A DNA stretch of 64,000 nt, taken from positions 186,001 to 250,000 of the forward strand of contig JAMDHS010000016.1 in NCBI GenBank assembly GCA_029717555.1. Reading direction: 5' to 3'. The notes beneath the pieces were generated by a model, which saw only the letters and a program-made list of their open reading frames with translations, ran no database searches and had not been told where the DNA came from. Shown in pieces: positions 10,702 to 23,371 of the stretch (positions are counted from its first letter, which is position 1; every line of letters starts with the position of its first letter). This stretch comes from Peribolospora baueri. Lineage: Eukaryota. The translations under genes and the position numbers were made by a program.

Positions 10702-11822
10702 CTACGCCTCCAAAACGCACTTCCTAACAAACAGTTCGTGCCACCGGCTATCGGTGGTTAGCTCGGGATGGAAGCTGGTGGCCATGAGACGACCCTGCTT
10801 GAGGGCTACGATGCGCGAATCCTCGGGCGAGGGAGAGACCATGGATCCTGTCGGGGTTGCCGAAGCCTTTTCGTCACCGGTGGTCGGGGCAGGGTTGGAT
10901 GCGAGGAGAGGCTCGGGGACCTTGCAAAGGACTTCGATGGGCGGGCGGGACGAAAGCAGAGAGAAGGGTGGCAGGTTCTGCAAGGCCGGCGCGGTGATGC
11001 TCTTTTTCGCGTTGACGTCCCCCTCGTCTTCCCCTTCGGTCGCCGTCGGTGTGGGGACGGACGAGGCGGGGCCGGAGCTGCTGGGAGAGGAGAGGGGAGG
11101 AGTTGGCAGCTCGGATGGGCTGAGGAGAGAGTGGACGATGGGCGCTCGAATGAAGATGCCTGGGAAGGGCTCGGTGGGGTTGGATAGGTAAGGAGAGGTG
11201 AGCGGATAGGAGAAGGAGTCGACCTGGCGCGAACCGTTGACAAAGACGAAAGGACGCGGTCAGGTTGGTCTTGTGAACCGCAGATCGACGGGGCGACGGG
11301 CGGACGGCGTGGATGTCCTACACCGTCCGCTCACCTGTGACCCGTAGCTATTCCTCTCGACTCTAAAGTCCATGCCGCCGATCAACTCCTGTCCGCCCTT
11401 CTTGGTCCGATTCGCCTCCGCCGCCAGCATGATCATGCCCGCACACGTGCCCCAAACGGGCCTCCCTTCCCTGACAAACTGCCTCAGAGGCTCGAGCAGA
11501 CCGGCGCGTTCGGCGCCCAGGGCTATGGAGGTCGATTCGCCACCGGGGATGATGAGGGCGGAGCAGAGGGCGAGGTCGGACGGGAGTTTGACGAGGAGGG
11601 GGCAGAGGGTTACGTCGGGGATGCGCAGGGAGCGGAGTCTGTCATGGTGCTCCGCAAAGGCGCCTTGGAGGGCTGGGAGAAGGAAGAGATTGCCGGGGCC
11701 GGGGTGAGAAGCACGGCCGAGCGGGGCTTGCCTTCCTTGGTTGGCCTTGGGACTGGCGAGCTGATCAGCCGAGGTCACTACTCACCGAGCACGCCCACGG
11801 TGATCTCCTTGGAGGTGGCCAT
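10702..11822 (-). CDS. SNO1: Pyridoxal 5'-phosphate synthase glutaminase subunit (PDX2)
   Basis: [33 protein letters not shown] (catalytic Cys), RNSYGSQ, FIRAP and ATSFHPELT (His-Glu). Confidence 0.95.
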
Positions 11823-12160
11823 GGCGGGTAGGTGTGGCAATGGGGAGAGGGTAGGAAGGCCGCACGACGATGGTGTTGTTATCGTTGTTGTCGTTGTAGT
11901 CGTCGTCGTCGTTGACGCCGTCTCGGTCGTCTGCGATGTTCGCCCGGCGATGCTCATCTCAACGCTGACTCTTCCGATAAGACTTTTCTTCCCTTCGGCC
12001 GATAATGACGCTGCTGCGGTAAGCGCTCGGATGCTCGGCCCGGACTGCCGACGGCCATCCGCCCGATCACCGCCTCGACGCTCTCCAGGCGACCGTCGCC
12101 GTCGAGCGCTATCTCGCCCGTCTACGTGCTTGGTTGTACAGTAACATTAGTCGTCGCGCC

Positions 12161-14166
12161 ATGGCCTCTTTTCCGTCGGCCGCACAGGTGCTCCTTGCGC
12201 CCGTCAGAAGAGCGGCGTGCGCGACACGGCCGTCAGCAGGCGGTTGCGGCAGGTGGCGTAGCAGACGACGCTCGACCGCGCACAGGCGCCAAGGCACAGA
12301 GGAGAGATCCCGAGGACAAGCAATCGCCGAGGCATCGCCGTCGCCGGTCGCACAGCGAGAGGGGGTCTCTTATCGAGATCGCATCCGAGTGAGTCGGACG
12401 GAGTCGGAGAGCTGAGCTAGCTCGACAGCATCGCTGGACGGAACAAGTCTCCTCCCGGCGGCGTCGTGACGCGACGTCGCGGCTGGCCTGATGATGGCTT
12501 ATCCGTGTCCCCGTCTTCTCCTCTTCGCCGCTCGGAGGACAAGTTGGCCGCGCGCGACCTCGTCCATCCACCGCCGCCGTCTCCTGTGCTCCGGGACAAG
12601 CACGGCCGCTTTCACGACTACCTCCGAATATCCATCACAGACACGTGCAACCTCCGATGTACGTACTGTGCACCCGAGGAAGGCTTCGAGTCGACGCCCA
12701 AGGCCAAGTCCCTCCAAGCGCCAGAGGTGGCCAGACTCGCTAGGCTGTTTGTCGGTCAGGGTGTCAGGAAGATCAGGTTGACCGGCGGTGAGCCGACGGT
12801 GAGGAAGGATCTGATGGAAATCATGGGTCCGTGTCGTCTTTTGTCCTGCTGGACCAGCTCGATGATCGCAGTGGTAGAACGTCTTCCTGGGAGAGCGCTT
12901 GGCTTAGCCTCCTTGCGTCGACAGATGACCTCCACGCCCTCCAGCCCCTCGGTCTCCGACAGATAGCGATGACTTCGAACGGCTTGACCCTTGCTCGCAA
13001 GCTGCCGGACCTGATCCGGAGGGGCTTGACTCATCTCAACCTGAGCCTCGACACTCTCGACCCCTTCAAGTTTGAGCTCATGACTAAGAATCGAGGTGAG
13101 CAGAATGCGGTCTGTCGCTCTCAGAGCTTGCCTCCCATTCAATCGTCCGTCGCCCCCTCCTGTGATATGACTATGTGCTTTAGGTCATCACCAAGTCATG
13201 CGCACCATCGACCGCGCGCTCGAGCTCGACGTGAACCACGTCAAGATCAACGTGGTGGTGATCAACGGATTGAACGACATGGAGGTGCTCGACTTCGTGG
13301 AGATGACCAGAGAACGTCCGGTGGACGTCCGGTTTATCGAGGTGAGCGCGAGCGCGGAGAGGGACGGCCGTAGAGTCGCTTCGTATGCCTGGTAACACGT
13401 TCACCCGTGCCCTTGGGCCCTCCTGACAGTACATGCCCTTCGATGGTGAGACGGTGCTCGATCGTCAGCCGTTTAAAGAGGAGTCGGCATTTTGACTCGC
13501 CTCTCCCCTCGCTCGCCTAATAACGTAGGAAACCGTTGGTCGACAAAGAAACTCGTGCCCTATCGCGAACTGTTGGAGCGGATTCAACGCGAGCATCCAG
13601 AGCTCGTCAAGCTCAGCGACGACTCGAACGACACGAGCAAGGCGTATAAGGTCCCCGGATTCGCGGGTCAGCTAGGGTTCATCACCAGGTGACTCGAACG
13701 CCCCCTTCTCGATCACACGGCCATCCGAGCGCATTTGTTTCTTTTCTTCCTCTCCGAGCGCATTTGCTTCTTTTCTTCCTCTTTGAGCGGTCTCGCTGAC
13801 GGCGCTTGGACCCCGGTTTCGACGCCGCCTCTCAGCATGACCGACGATTTTTGTGGCACTTGCAACAGGATCAGGCTAACGGCCGACGGCAACCTGAAGG
13901 TGGGCGAGCCATCTCTTCCTTCTCGCACGGCCAGAAGAACCGAAGTAGACGTGTCACTCGCTTGCCTGTTTGTACGCCACACGCTACAGGTCTGTCTCTT
14001 TGGCGCGAACGAAGTGTCCCTGCGGGACATGATGCGCTCGGGCGCGACGGACGACGAGCTGCTCGAGGTTGTGGGCGCGGCGGTGGGACGCAAGGCGGCG
14101 AAGCACGCGGGGATGATCGAGCTGAGCAGGACGCAGAACCGGCCGATGATCAGCATTGGCGGGTGA
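12161..14166 (+). CDS. MOCS1A: GTP 3',8-cyclase (molybdenum cofactor biosynthesis protein A, radical SAM), with Arg-rich N-terminal presequence
   Basis: [17 protein letters not shown] (CxxxCxxC), [36 protein letters not shown], and terminal RPMISIGG*. Includes a 16-nt exon at 13430-13445. Confidence 0.95.
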
Positions 14167-14452
14167 TGGGAGGGTGGTTGCAGATAAGCGAGGGAGCGGC
14201 CGAGAAGACGGAAGGAATGTTTGTCGGACGAGTCAACGAACGTCGACGGGCCGATCGGGAAAGAAATGAAAAATTTAAATTCCATTACAGTCGCGCCAAA
14301 GCCGTCGGCTTATCTTTGAAGGACGGGGAAGAAGAAGAAGAAAGGCTCGCTCGCCTCGTCCGGTCGTTCGTCCCCTGCCTCCCCCCACCATCTCGCTGCT
14401 TTCTCCCCCTCCCTCTCTCCTGTCCCGCTCGAAAGAAAAGAATTCGCCAGCC

Positions 14453-16475
14453 ATGCCTTCCGGAAAGGTTCTCCTCGCCTACTCTGGCGGTCTCGGTCAG
14501 TTCCTTCTCCTGCCCTCCTTCCTACCCAGTCCAGCCTTGCGGCCGAGTCGAGTCGAGTCGAGTTCTGATCCTCCTTTCTCCATCCTCCGACGTCCCCGAC
14601 ATAGACACCTCCTGCATCCTCGCATGGCTCATCGAACAGGGCTACGACGTCGTCGCCTTCATGGCCGACGTCGGCCAGGAGGAGGACTTTGAAGCGGCCC
14701 GTGCAAAGGCACTCAAGTGCGGCGCCAAGGGCTTCATCCTCGCCGTGAGTCCGTCCGTCCCAGTGGCCGCCCGGCGTTCGTTGCACCCGCTCATCCTATG
14801 ATTTCCCCCACCCCCACCCCCTCGCGAAACCACGGAACGAGGATAGGACATGAAGCGCGAGTTCATCACCGAGCTCATCATGCCCGCCATCCAAGCCAAC
14901 GCCATCTACGAGGTGAGTCACACCGGGGTTCGAAGGGGTAAGAGGACGAAGAAGAAGAAGAAGGAGCACTGTTCGTCTTTTCTTTGCTCATTCATTCATC
15001 ACTGTTGGGTCCTTTTGTGTTCCCTCAGAACGTCTACCTCCTCGGCACTTCCCTCGCCCGCCCCGTCATCGCTCGCGGTATGATCGAGGCCGCCGCCAAG
15101 GAGGGCTGCCAGTGAGTAAACCTTTTTTCAGCCGGCCGGCCGGCCCTTGTCAGCGCCTTCCTCATCCCGTACGTGCCTACACCACTCCCCCCTTCTCCGC
15201 TTGTCGTGTTATCTGCCAGGTACGTCTCCCACGGTTGCACCGGAAAGGGCAACGACCAGGTCCGCTTCGAGCTCGCCTTCTACGGTCTCAAGCCCGACAT
15301 CAAGGTCATCGCCCCGTGGCGCATTCCCGGTCAGTCCTTCCCACGCGCACCACACTTTCGTCTCAGATTCGGACCATATTTGGAAACTCACGTAGACTGA
15401 CATGTCCCCCTTCCCCCCCCCCCCCAATCCGCCTCGCCTGACAGAGTTTTACAACCGCTTCGCCGGTCGTACCGCCCTGCTTAACTATGCCGCAGAGAAG
15501 GGCATTCCCGTTGTTCAGACTAAGGCCAAGCCGTGGTCCACCGGTGCGTTCCCTCGTTGGCCACATCTTCTTCTATATGACATACGCGCTCACTCCAGCT
15601 AGCCGCGCCGTCCCTTTTGACCACACAGACGAGAACCTCTTCCACATCTCCTACGAAGCCGGCATCCTCGAAGACCCCGACACCACTCCGCCGGCCGACA
15701 TGTGGAAGCTGACCAACTCGCCGGAAACGGCTCCGGACCAGCCCCAGCGTCTGTCGATCGAGTTCACCAAGGGCCTGCCCACCAAGCTGACCGTGGAGGG
15801 AGCCGGCGAGCACACGGACCCGGTGGACATTTTCCTGATGCTCAACAAGCTTGCCCGCCTGCACGGCGTGGGTCGGATTGACATTGTGGAGAACCGATTC
15901 ATCGGTGTCAAGTCTCGCGGGTGCTACGAGAGCCCCGGCGCGACCGTACTCCGTGCCGCCCACGTCGACCTGGAGGGCCTGACGCTGGACCGGGAGGTCC
16001 GCAAGTTTAGGGACCAGTTCGTGACCGTCAAGCTCTCCGAGATTCTCTACAACGGCTTCTTCTTCAGCCCCGAGCGCGAGTTTGTCACCAACTGCATCCC
16101 TGCCTCTCAGAAGACGGTCAACGGTCTCGTGAGGGTCAAGCTATACAAGGGCAACACCATCATCGAGGGACGGTCCTCTCCGGAGGTGAGTGGACGATCT
16201 GGCTGGCTGGCTGGAAATCCGACCTTGGCCGTACTCCCGCCTAGCCGGCCATCGCTCATCTCATCGCATCTCCTTGCTCTTTTGCCCACTCCCTCGGCCA
16301 GAAACTCTACGACGAGACAGAGTCGTCTATGGACGAGCTCGGTGGCTTCGAGCCCACCGACACGTCCGGCTTCATCTCCATCTCCGCCATCCGGCTCAAG
16401 AAGTACGGCCAGGCTCGCATCCAGGCCGGCACTGGCGGCGTCGACGCCAAGAGCGTTTATGCTTACTCCAAGTAA
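14453..16475 (+). CDS. ARG1: Argininosuccinate synthase (multi-exon)
   Basis: [69 protein letters not shown]; ends KSVYAYSK*. Confidence 0.97.
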
Positions 16476-17116
16476 GCGTACCGTCCGTTCCGACTCGAGA
16501 AGAAGAAGAGCGCCATCACCGTCTTTGTCCTTTTTGAGTCGAGTCGCCGCGTCGCGTCGCGCACCATCGTTTGCCTGCCCCGCGGGGCGGGGGCCCCCCT
16601 CGGTGTATCGGCGCGGGCGGTCTTTGCTTTGCTTCCGTCGTGGCCATCGGTCGTCTCCTTCATCCTTCATTAATAATAGATGGCCAGGACGTGGGGGAAC
16701 AGGAAGGATCAGATGAAGTGGGGGATCCCTATACAATCAAATCATAGCGGTTTCCGAGCACCCCATGCGTCTTCATTATGGCATGTAATAAGGCAGGATA
16801 GGAGCGCCACCGGGATAAGAAAATCCGTCAGATGCGATTTCGTCGATTTGAGCACAAGCTCATTTCATTCATCACCGGGTTGCCAAGATTTCGATTCGAT
16901 TGATGCTCCCCTCCACCACCGTTAAACCATATGGACGGACCGAGACCGAGACCCGAGAGCGTCCGTTAACATAACACGTAATGTCATGAGCATGCACGCG
17001 CGAGTCCGGCTCCCGGCGCCTCGGACAGCCTGCCGGTCACACTTTCGGGGCCCGTGCATAGGGTAGGGAATCAAGCGGACGAAGCGGTGCGATGCGATGC
17101 GATGCGAAGCGATCGA

Positions 17117-19070
17117 TCAGGCAACCTTGACGATCAGCTTGCCCGTCGTGCCCCTTCCGGAAATGTCGACGTGGGCTTTGCGAACGCCTTCGGCGGTGAA
17201 CGGGTACTCGTCGTGCACGCGCACCTTGACAATGCCCTTGTGGATGAGGTCGAAGAGCTCAGCCGAGTAGGTCTCCATCTCCTCTTGGGTGTAGATGTAG
17301 TTGATAAGCGTGGGACGGAGAACCTTGACGTTCTTACCAGCGAGCTTGAGAGGCGGGAACGGCTACGGAGAAGAAAAAGCAAAAGTCAAAAAATCCGCAT
17401 TTTTCCCAGACGGATGCGACAGACTTGCTTGACAGAAGCCGGCAAGCCGGACCGGGTCAGTCGATCCATCCATCGCGTCATGACTCACGTCGACGGTGCC
17501 GGAGGAGTTGCCGTACGTGACGATAGTACCCTTCCGGCGAACGACTTGGAAGTCGTCTTCCCAGCTGTCAAACAAAGCGACGGGAGTTTACAGAGGTTAG
17601 ACGGGAGGGCGTTTGAAACCTCCTTGCCTTTGCATGGACGCCAGGCGAGCGTCCCACTCACGTCGCCTTTCCCACACCGTCAAAGACGGCGTGCACGCCG
17701 TCAGGAACGAGGCGCTTGACACCGTCGACGACGCTCTCCTTGGTGTAGAAGATGACGTGCTCAGCGCCGTTCTGCTTCGCCAGCTCGGCCTTTTCGGGCG
17801 TGGAGACGGTGCCAATGACGTGGGCACCCAAGTGCTTGCACATCTGTCGGGCGTCCGATGATGAAACCAAATGGCGTAAGCGACGGCGACGGCGACGAGG
17901 GGATTTCTGTCTTGACGTTAATGCGACCCGCCAGCCAGTCTAGCGGGCACCTTGGCTGGCTGGCGGGGCTTGGCGTCCGGGGCGAGGAACGCACCTGGCA
18001 AAGCAAGAGGCCGACACCGCCAGCGGCGGCATGGACGAGAACCCAGTCGCCTTTCTTGACTTCGTACGACTCTCTCACCAGCGTCCAAGCTGGACGGGCG
18101 ACGGCAAGCGACGAGGAGCGACGAACGAAGAGTCAAACAAGTGTCAGGGGCAGCGGAAGGGGAAACGCGTGTACGGTCACCTTAAGAGGAAGATAACGAA
18201 GGAGGCCGGCTCACCGGTCAAGCCCTGCACCAAGGAGGCGGCGGCCAGCCGAGTGTCGGTGGGAACCTTGACGACGTTGTTGCGCTGGCGGACCACGTAC
18301 TCGGCGAGCGACTGACCGCCATACGCGGCCACCTTGTCGTTCACTTTAAGATCCGTCACGCCCGGGCCTACCGCCGCTACCGTACCGGCAGCTTCTTGGC
18401 CAAGGATGAACGGAAGCTGAATGGGGTAGACGCCGCCGCGGTGGTAGGTGTCTAAGTCAACGAGAAGACAGTCGGAGGAGGGGGCGACCAAGATGTCAGG
18501 AAAAACTTCGTTGCCGTGAAAGGGAGGACGCAAGTCTGGTCCACTTCGCTCCCTCACCGATGAAGTTGATGCCAGCCCACTCGGTCTTGATCAACACCTG
18601 GTTCTCCTTTGGCTGCGGGGTGTCTGCAAAGAGACGAGCGGGGGTGAACAAGGAAGAGGCATGCGTTCGTCACCGGTTCGACGACGTTCCGACGACGAGG
18701 CGATCGGGAAGACAGACGAACGCCGATCGATCGAAACTCACCGACTTGGAGCACCTCCACAACCTCGGGTCCACCGGTCTTGGTGAACTGTCATCGACGA
18801 CGAGCGCGCGGGCCGGGTGAGCAACATGCGAAACTAAAACCACATCCATAACCACATGGACGCAGCGCCGGGCGGTCGGTCGTCGTCGCCGCCGCCGGCC
18901 GGGCTTAGACTGGGGCTCACCGACTCGGCTCAACTCACCCCAGCGGCGTTCATCGTCTTGGGAAGAGACATGTTTGCGGCAGGTACGACGAGGGTGCGAA
19001 CAGAAGAGGCGGGGGCGAGAGGGAAGTAACGAGAGAGGAGGGAGAGACGAGGGAGGGCAGAAGGGAACAT
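17117..19070 (-). CDS. ZTA1: NADPH:quinone oxidoreductase, zeta-crystallin/MDR family; alternative start at 18971
   Basis: FTKTGGPEV, AGINFID, LPFILGQEAAGTV, LVQGLT, VLVHAAAGGVGLLLCQ, VFDGVGK, IVTYGNSSG; ends TTGKLIVKVA*. Confidence 0.9.
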
Positions 19071-19544
19071 GTCGATCGTCGATGGGGGTCGGCCCTTAAA
19101 TCCTCGCTTCGCTCTCTGACGTACCGTCGTTTCCGCTCGGCCGACATGTTGCTGCGGCACCCGGGCGAGTGGAGGGACGGCTTGCCGACGTCGGAAAACA
19201 GTCAACCGAGGCTCGCTTCGTCTCGTCTCGTCTCGTATCGTATCGTCTTTCTCGTCTGCGTCTGCGTCTTCGTCTCCGTCGCCGGCGCAAGTTCGGTTCT
19301 CGACATCGTCGTTCCAGTCCGGCGAGCCAACCAGCCGTCCATCCGTGTGCTTCTCCGCGTCCTTGGTCGTGTGTTCCGTTCACATGCCCCGCCGACGAAA
19401 CGGAAAGAACGCGAAGCAGCCGCTCTCGGCCTACATACAAAATTCGGGGTCCCTTTCACATGTAGACTACGTACGTACCGGCATTACGATATACCACACG
19501 AAAACCCAAACAAACTTCCTCCTCGCCTCCACCTCGGAGGGGTC

Positions 19545-22283
19545 TCAGTTCCTGTCAAAAGGCGCGAGCGCGTCGGCGACCTTCTCGCGCGCCTTCTTCT
19601 GGAAATCGATCGAGTCGTGGAAGATCTTCCACTTTGCGTTCAGCAGCGCCTTGGTCTCCGCGTCCTCGGTCGGGTAGACGAACTTGCCGGGCTTGGTCAT
19701 GAGCGTCTGTGGAGGTAAATGGGCGGGTGGGTCGGTTGAAAAAGAACAGGCCAGGCGGTCGGGTGACGCATGACGGACGGACGGACAGGTTAGCTCTACC
19801 GACTACCGACTACTGACCACCGACGACCGACGACCACACGCACCATGAGCTCCCAAAGCCTGTCCCTGTTGGCGTAGGACAGCTTCTCGGCCTCTGTCTG
19901 CGTCTCGATGTACACGCGCTGTCCACCGGCCCGGCTGGAGATCTCCTCGGCGAACCGGCCCAGGATGGCCGAGCCGGCGACGACGGACGCCGAGTGAGAG
20001 AAGGGTAGCTGGACGGGCACGCCGCACGCGTCGGCGATGAGCTGCATCAGCGCCGCGTTCTTGACCTGCCCGCCTACATGTGCGAAAGGAGGAAGAAGCG
20101 ATGGAACCGCATCGAAACCGAACTTTGTCAGCGGTATGGCCCCCATGTGTCGTCAAACGAGGCCAGGTATGCCCTGCCCTGCACCGAAAAACGCGTACCG
20201 CTCATGTAGATCGAGTTGATCTTGTGGCCCTTGCGGTTCATCTCGTCCATTATGTGACGCGTTTGGAGGGCGATCGCCTGTCGTCCCACGTTCACCCCGT
20301 CAGAAGGCGATCAAGACGTGTCAAGGCACTATCCCTGACGAACGGCGAGACGCATCACATCCACGGCTCACCTCGAGGGTCGCGTGATACTTGAGAGCGA
20401 GGTCGGTCATGCCCGAGTCGAGATGCAGGCCGGTGATCATCCCGCGCATTGAGTTGTCGGCGAGAGGGGAACGATTGCCTGACATGAGGAGGAGAGAGAA
20501 GGAGAGGAGAAACGAGGAAGAAGCGCGATGAGGCGCCCCTCCGCCACACTCGCTGGGATAGCTTTAGGCTATACTGCGCGCGTGGCCGACGACTGCTCAC
20601 CGTGCAGGTCGGGATAGATGTACAGCTCGCGAGTAAGGTGGCTCAGGCTCCGGACGTTCTTCTTAGCCCTGAGCTCCTCAAGGATCTCAGAGAGAACAAC
20701 AAAGTGATTCTTGCCCTCTTTCTCTGCCCTCGCCTTGAGGCGCGGCCACGAGGCGTGCGTCTCAACCATGAATTCAATGAGCTGGCGGCGCGAGCGCGGT
20801 TCGGTTTGTCAGGTCAGCAAGGTCCGCTAGTCAACTCGTCGGCTCGTCAACTCACCTGACCGGTCGAGCTCTGACCGCCTTCGTTCATCCAGAAACCGGG
20901 GAAGACGGCGTGCTTGTACGGTCCCTGAAGAGGTCAATCGCGTCGTCAGTCGAATCCACCACCCACCACGTCCAACCGCGCGCTCCGCGCACGCACCCAC
21001 ACGCCCTCGACGAGGATGCCCTCTGGGCTCTGGACGATGTGGCAAGTGCTCGTGCCGGCGATCGCGGCGAGCCGGTGCTGCGAAGTGATCAGGTCCAGCT
21101 TCTGCCCCGCGCCCTCTTTTGCGTTGATGGCCGGCGCGGCGACGGTGCCGATCCATCCGGCGTACGCGTCGATGACAGCGCTCCCGACGGGCGTGCCCTC
21201 CACGAGCCCGAGTTCCTCGGCGGCCTTCTTGCTCAAGCCCTTCCCGACGGGCTCCCCGGCGGTGAGCACGATACCGTTCTTGCCCGGGATGCCGCCAAGC
21301 TGCTTAAAATCGTTCTCCACAAATTCGTCCAGTCCGATGGCCTTGAAAAAGTCGGCTTGCCAGCCGGTCTTGTTGTCCGCCGAACCAACACCGGGGGGCA
21401 CGTAGGAGCACTTGCAAGCCAGGGAGCAGTTAGAGCGAGCGAGGTTGCCGGTGGCGCGGAAGGAAAGGAAGTCGGGGAGGTCAAAGAACATGGAGTTCTT
21501 GAAATGCTCCGACGCCATGTGCTTCTTGAGCCAGAGAACCTTGGGAATCTCCATCTCAAGCTGCGGAAGGAGAAGGAAGCGCACTCAGACCGAATGACGA
21601 AGAGGGGCTTTCGAAGGGCGTCTTCGCGCACTCACGCTCATCGTCTTTCCAACGTAGTTCAACACCACGCTGCCGGTGCTGTTGATCTTTTTGGCCTCGT
21701 CCTCGGCTCGGTGATCAGCCCAGAGGATGATGTTCTTCTCGCCGGGACCCCAGTGTCCCTCGGTGACGCTCATCGGCTCGCCGTTGAGGTCCGTCACGGC
21801 GAGCGAGCAAGTGGCGTCGAAACCCACGCCACGCACCTGCTCGGGCTTGACCTTGGCGTCGCGCACGACGTCTCGGCACGCCTTGGAGATGGCGTTCCAG
21901 ATGTCGGTGGTGGACTGCTCGAAGACGCGGTGGTCCCGGTCGTCGCGGAAGGTCTTGGTGGCATACGTCGACTCGGAAAGGATGTTGCCGTCGCTGAAGG
22001 CGACCGAACAGCGGCGGTGAGCCAGTAAACATCTACGTCCTTCTCTCCCCTGGAGCTTCTCGTGAGGACTCACGTGTCAACTAGAGCAGCCCTCGCCGAG
22101 CCTGTGCCGCTGCGTGGGCATATCGAGCAGATGGGAGGAAGGAGGAAGACGACAGCTCAGCTCTCGTGCTCTCCCAGCTCGCTCGCTCTGGCTATGAGTA
22201 AGACAGACGTGGCTATGAGTAAGACAGACGCATAACGATCCAACTCACACGTCGACGCCAATGTAATAAGCTTCGCTGGGCAT
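19545..22283 (-). CDS. FGGY-family carbohydrate kinase (D-ribulokinase, YDR109C/FGGY-like)
   Basis: YYIGVDV/GTGSARAALV, GVGFDATCSL, ILWADHRA, EMEIPKVLWLK, IDAYAG, AIAGTSTCH, YPDLHG-NRSP, GGQVKN. Confidence 0.92.
22189..22230. repeat. Perfect 21-bp tandem duplication in first intron of the FGGY kinase gene
   Basis: tggctatgagtaagacagacg x2. Confidence 0.9.
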
Positions 22284-23371
22284 GGTCCTTTCCTTTCGTG
22301 TTGGGGAAACTGCGTGGGGGATTAAGTCTGGTCGAATCTCGTGCGTCTCGCTCTAGTTCGATGACGCTCCGCCGGGAAAAAGGCTAAGTAGGGGGAAGCG
22401 AAAGGGAAATACGAAGAGATAAAGAACGGGAAAGAAACGAGATGCTGTGCGTATCGACACAATCTTCGACGGTGGCGGTCGTTTCCCAAGAACGACGAGC
22501 ATTGGCTGGCTGGCTGACCTAGAAGGATCGAATCATCGAAACTGCGGCGGGGTAAGAAGATCCCGACACTCGATATTAATAAACCGCATGATAATGGACG
22601 GGGCTCAAACAATTACCCCGGATTGTAGTGGCGTCACGTGGGGCTTCCCCCACCCCTGCCAAGTCGGGTCGCATCGACCGATCGATAGACCCGTTCGACG
22701 TGACGCCAGCAGCCCGTCGTCCGTCAGAGTGGAATAGCATGCACCATCATCGTTCATAAGCCGAGACAGGCGGCGCATAAAACGAAGTACAGTAGCTCTT
22801 GCACCGGTCTCCAGCGCCCCGGCTGACCGGGCCGACGGATATCATAGGCGGAGCGGGCAAGAAGGGGAATAGAAAGGATGACGAGGGAAGACGCCGTGCT
22901 CGAATCGGCACAGCGGAAGAAGAATGTGAGAGGCGACGACCCCTCAGGAGAGTGAGCGGTAAGGCAAGAGGGAATAGTGGTGATAGAAGAGCACAGGTGG
23001 CCGGTCGTGTTAGGACCGTGGGGCCGAAAGCGGACGGGGTCGTCAGATAGGCCACCAGATGGTGGACGTAAGAGGGGAGGGCAAAAAGGATAAATGGATG
23101 GTATCGAGAAGCACAAAAGAAGGTAGAAGAAGGAATCGGTGGGTAGAAGGAAAGATGAGAAAGGCAGTTCCGAGGGCAGAAAAAGGCAAAGTTGGGGAAG
23201 GGACAGGAGGTCGGTGTGGGCAGTGAGTGGGACCGCGAGGAAGCGGCGAAGGAAGGAGACCCTGGCGAAGCGGGCGGCAAAAAAAGGAGACGCGGATATG
23301 AAGAGACGAAGAGAGATGGAGAAAGAGGGCGGAAGCAAAGGGAAAACGGCAAGCGCGGCGCTCCAACCGAA

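Noticed and set aside
16455..16480. Cryptic PTS1 by readthrough or alternative splicing at ARG1 (YSK*, GTAAGC overlapping the stop) and other enzyme stops
   Set aside because: No TGA-CTA readthrough context, and none of the extensions I traced ended in an SKL-like tripeptide.
22750..23370. Long ORFs in the purine/pyrimidine-skewed tract
   Set aside because: Low-complexity translations; best explained as the pyrimidine-rich 3' UTR of the MARVEL-like gene.
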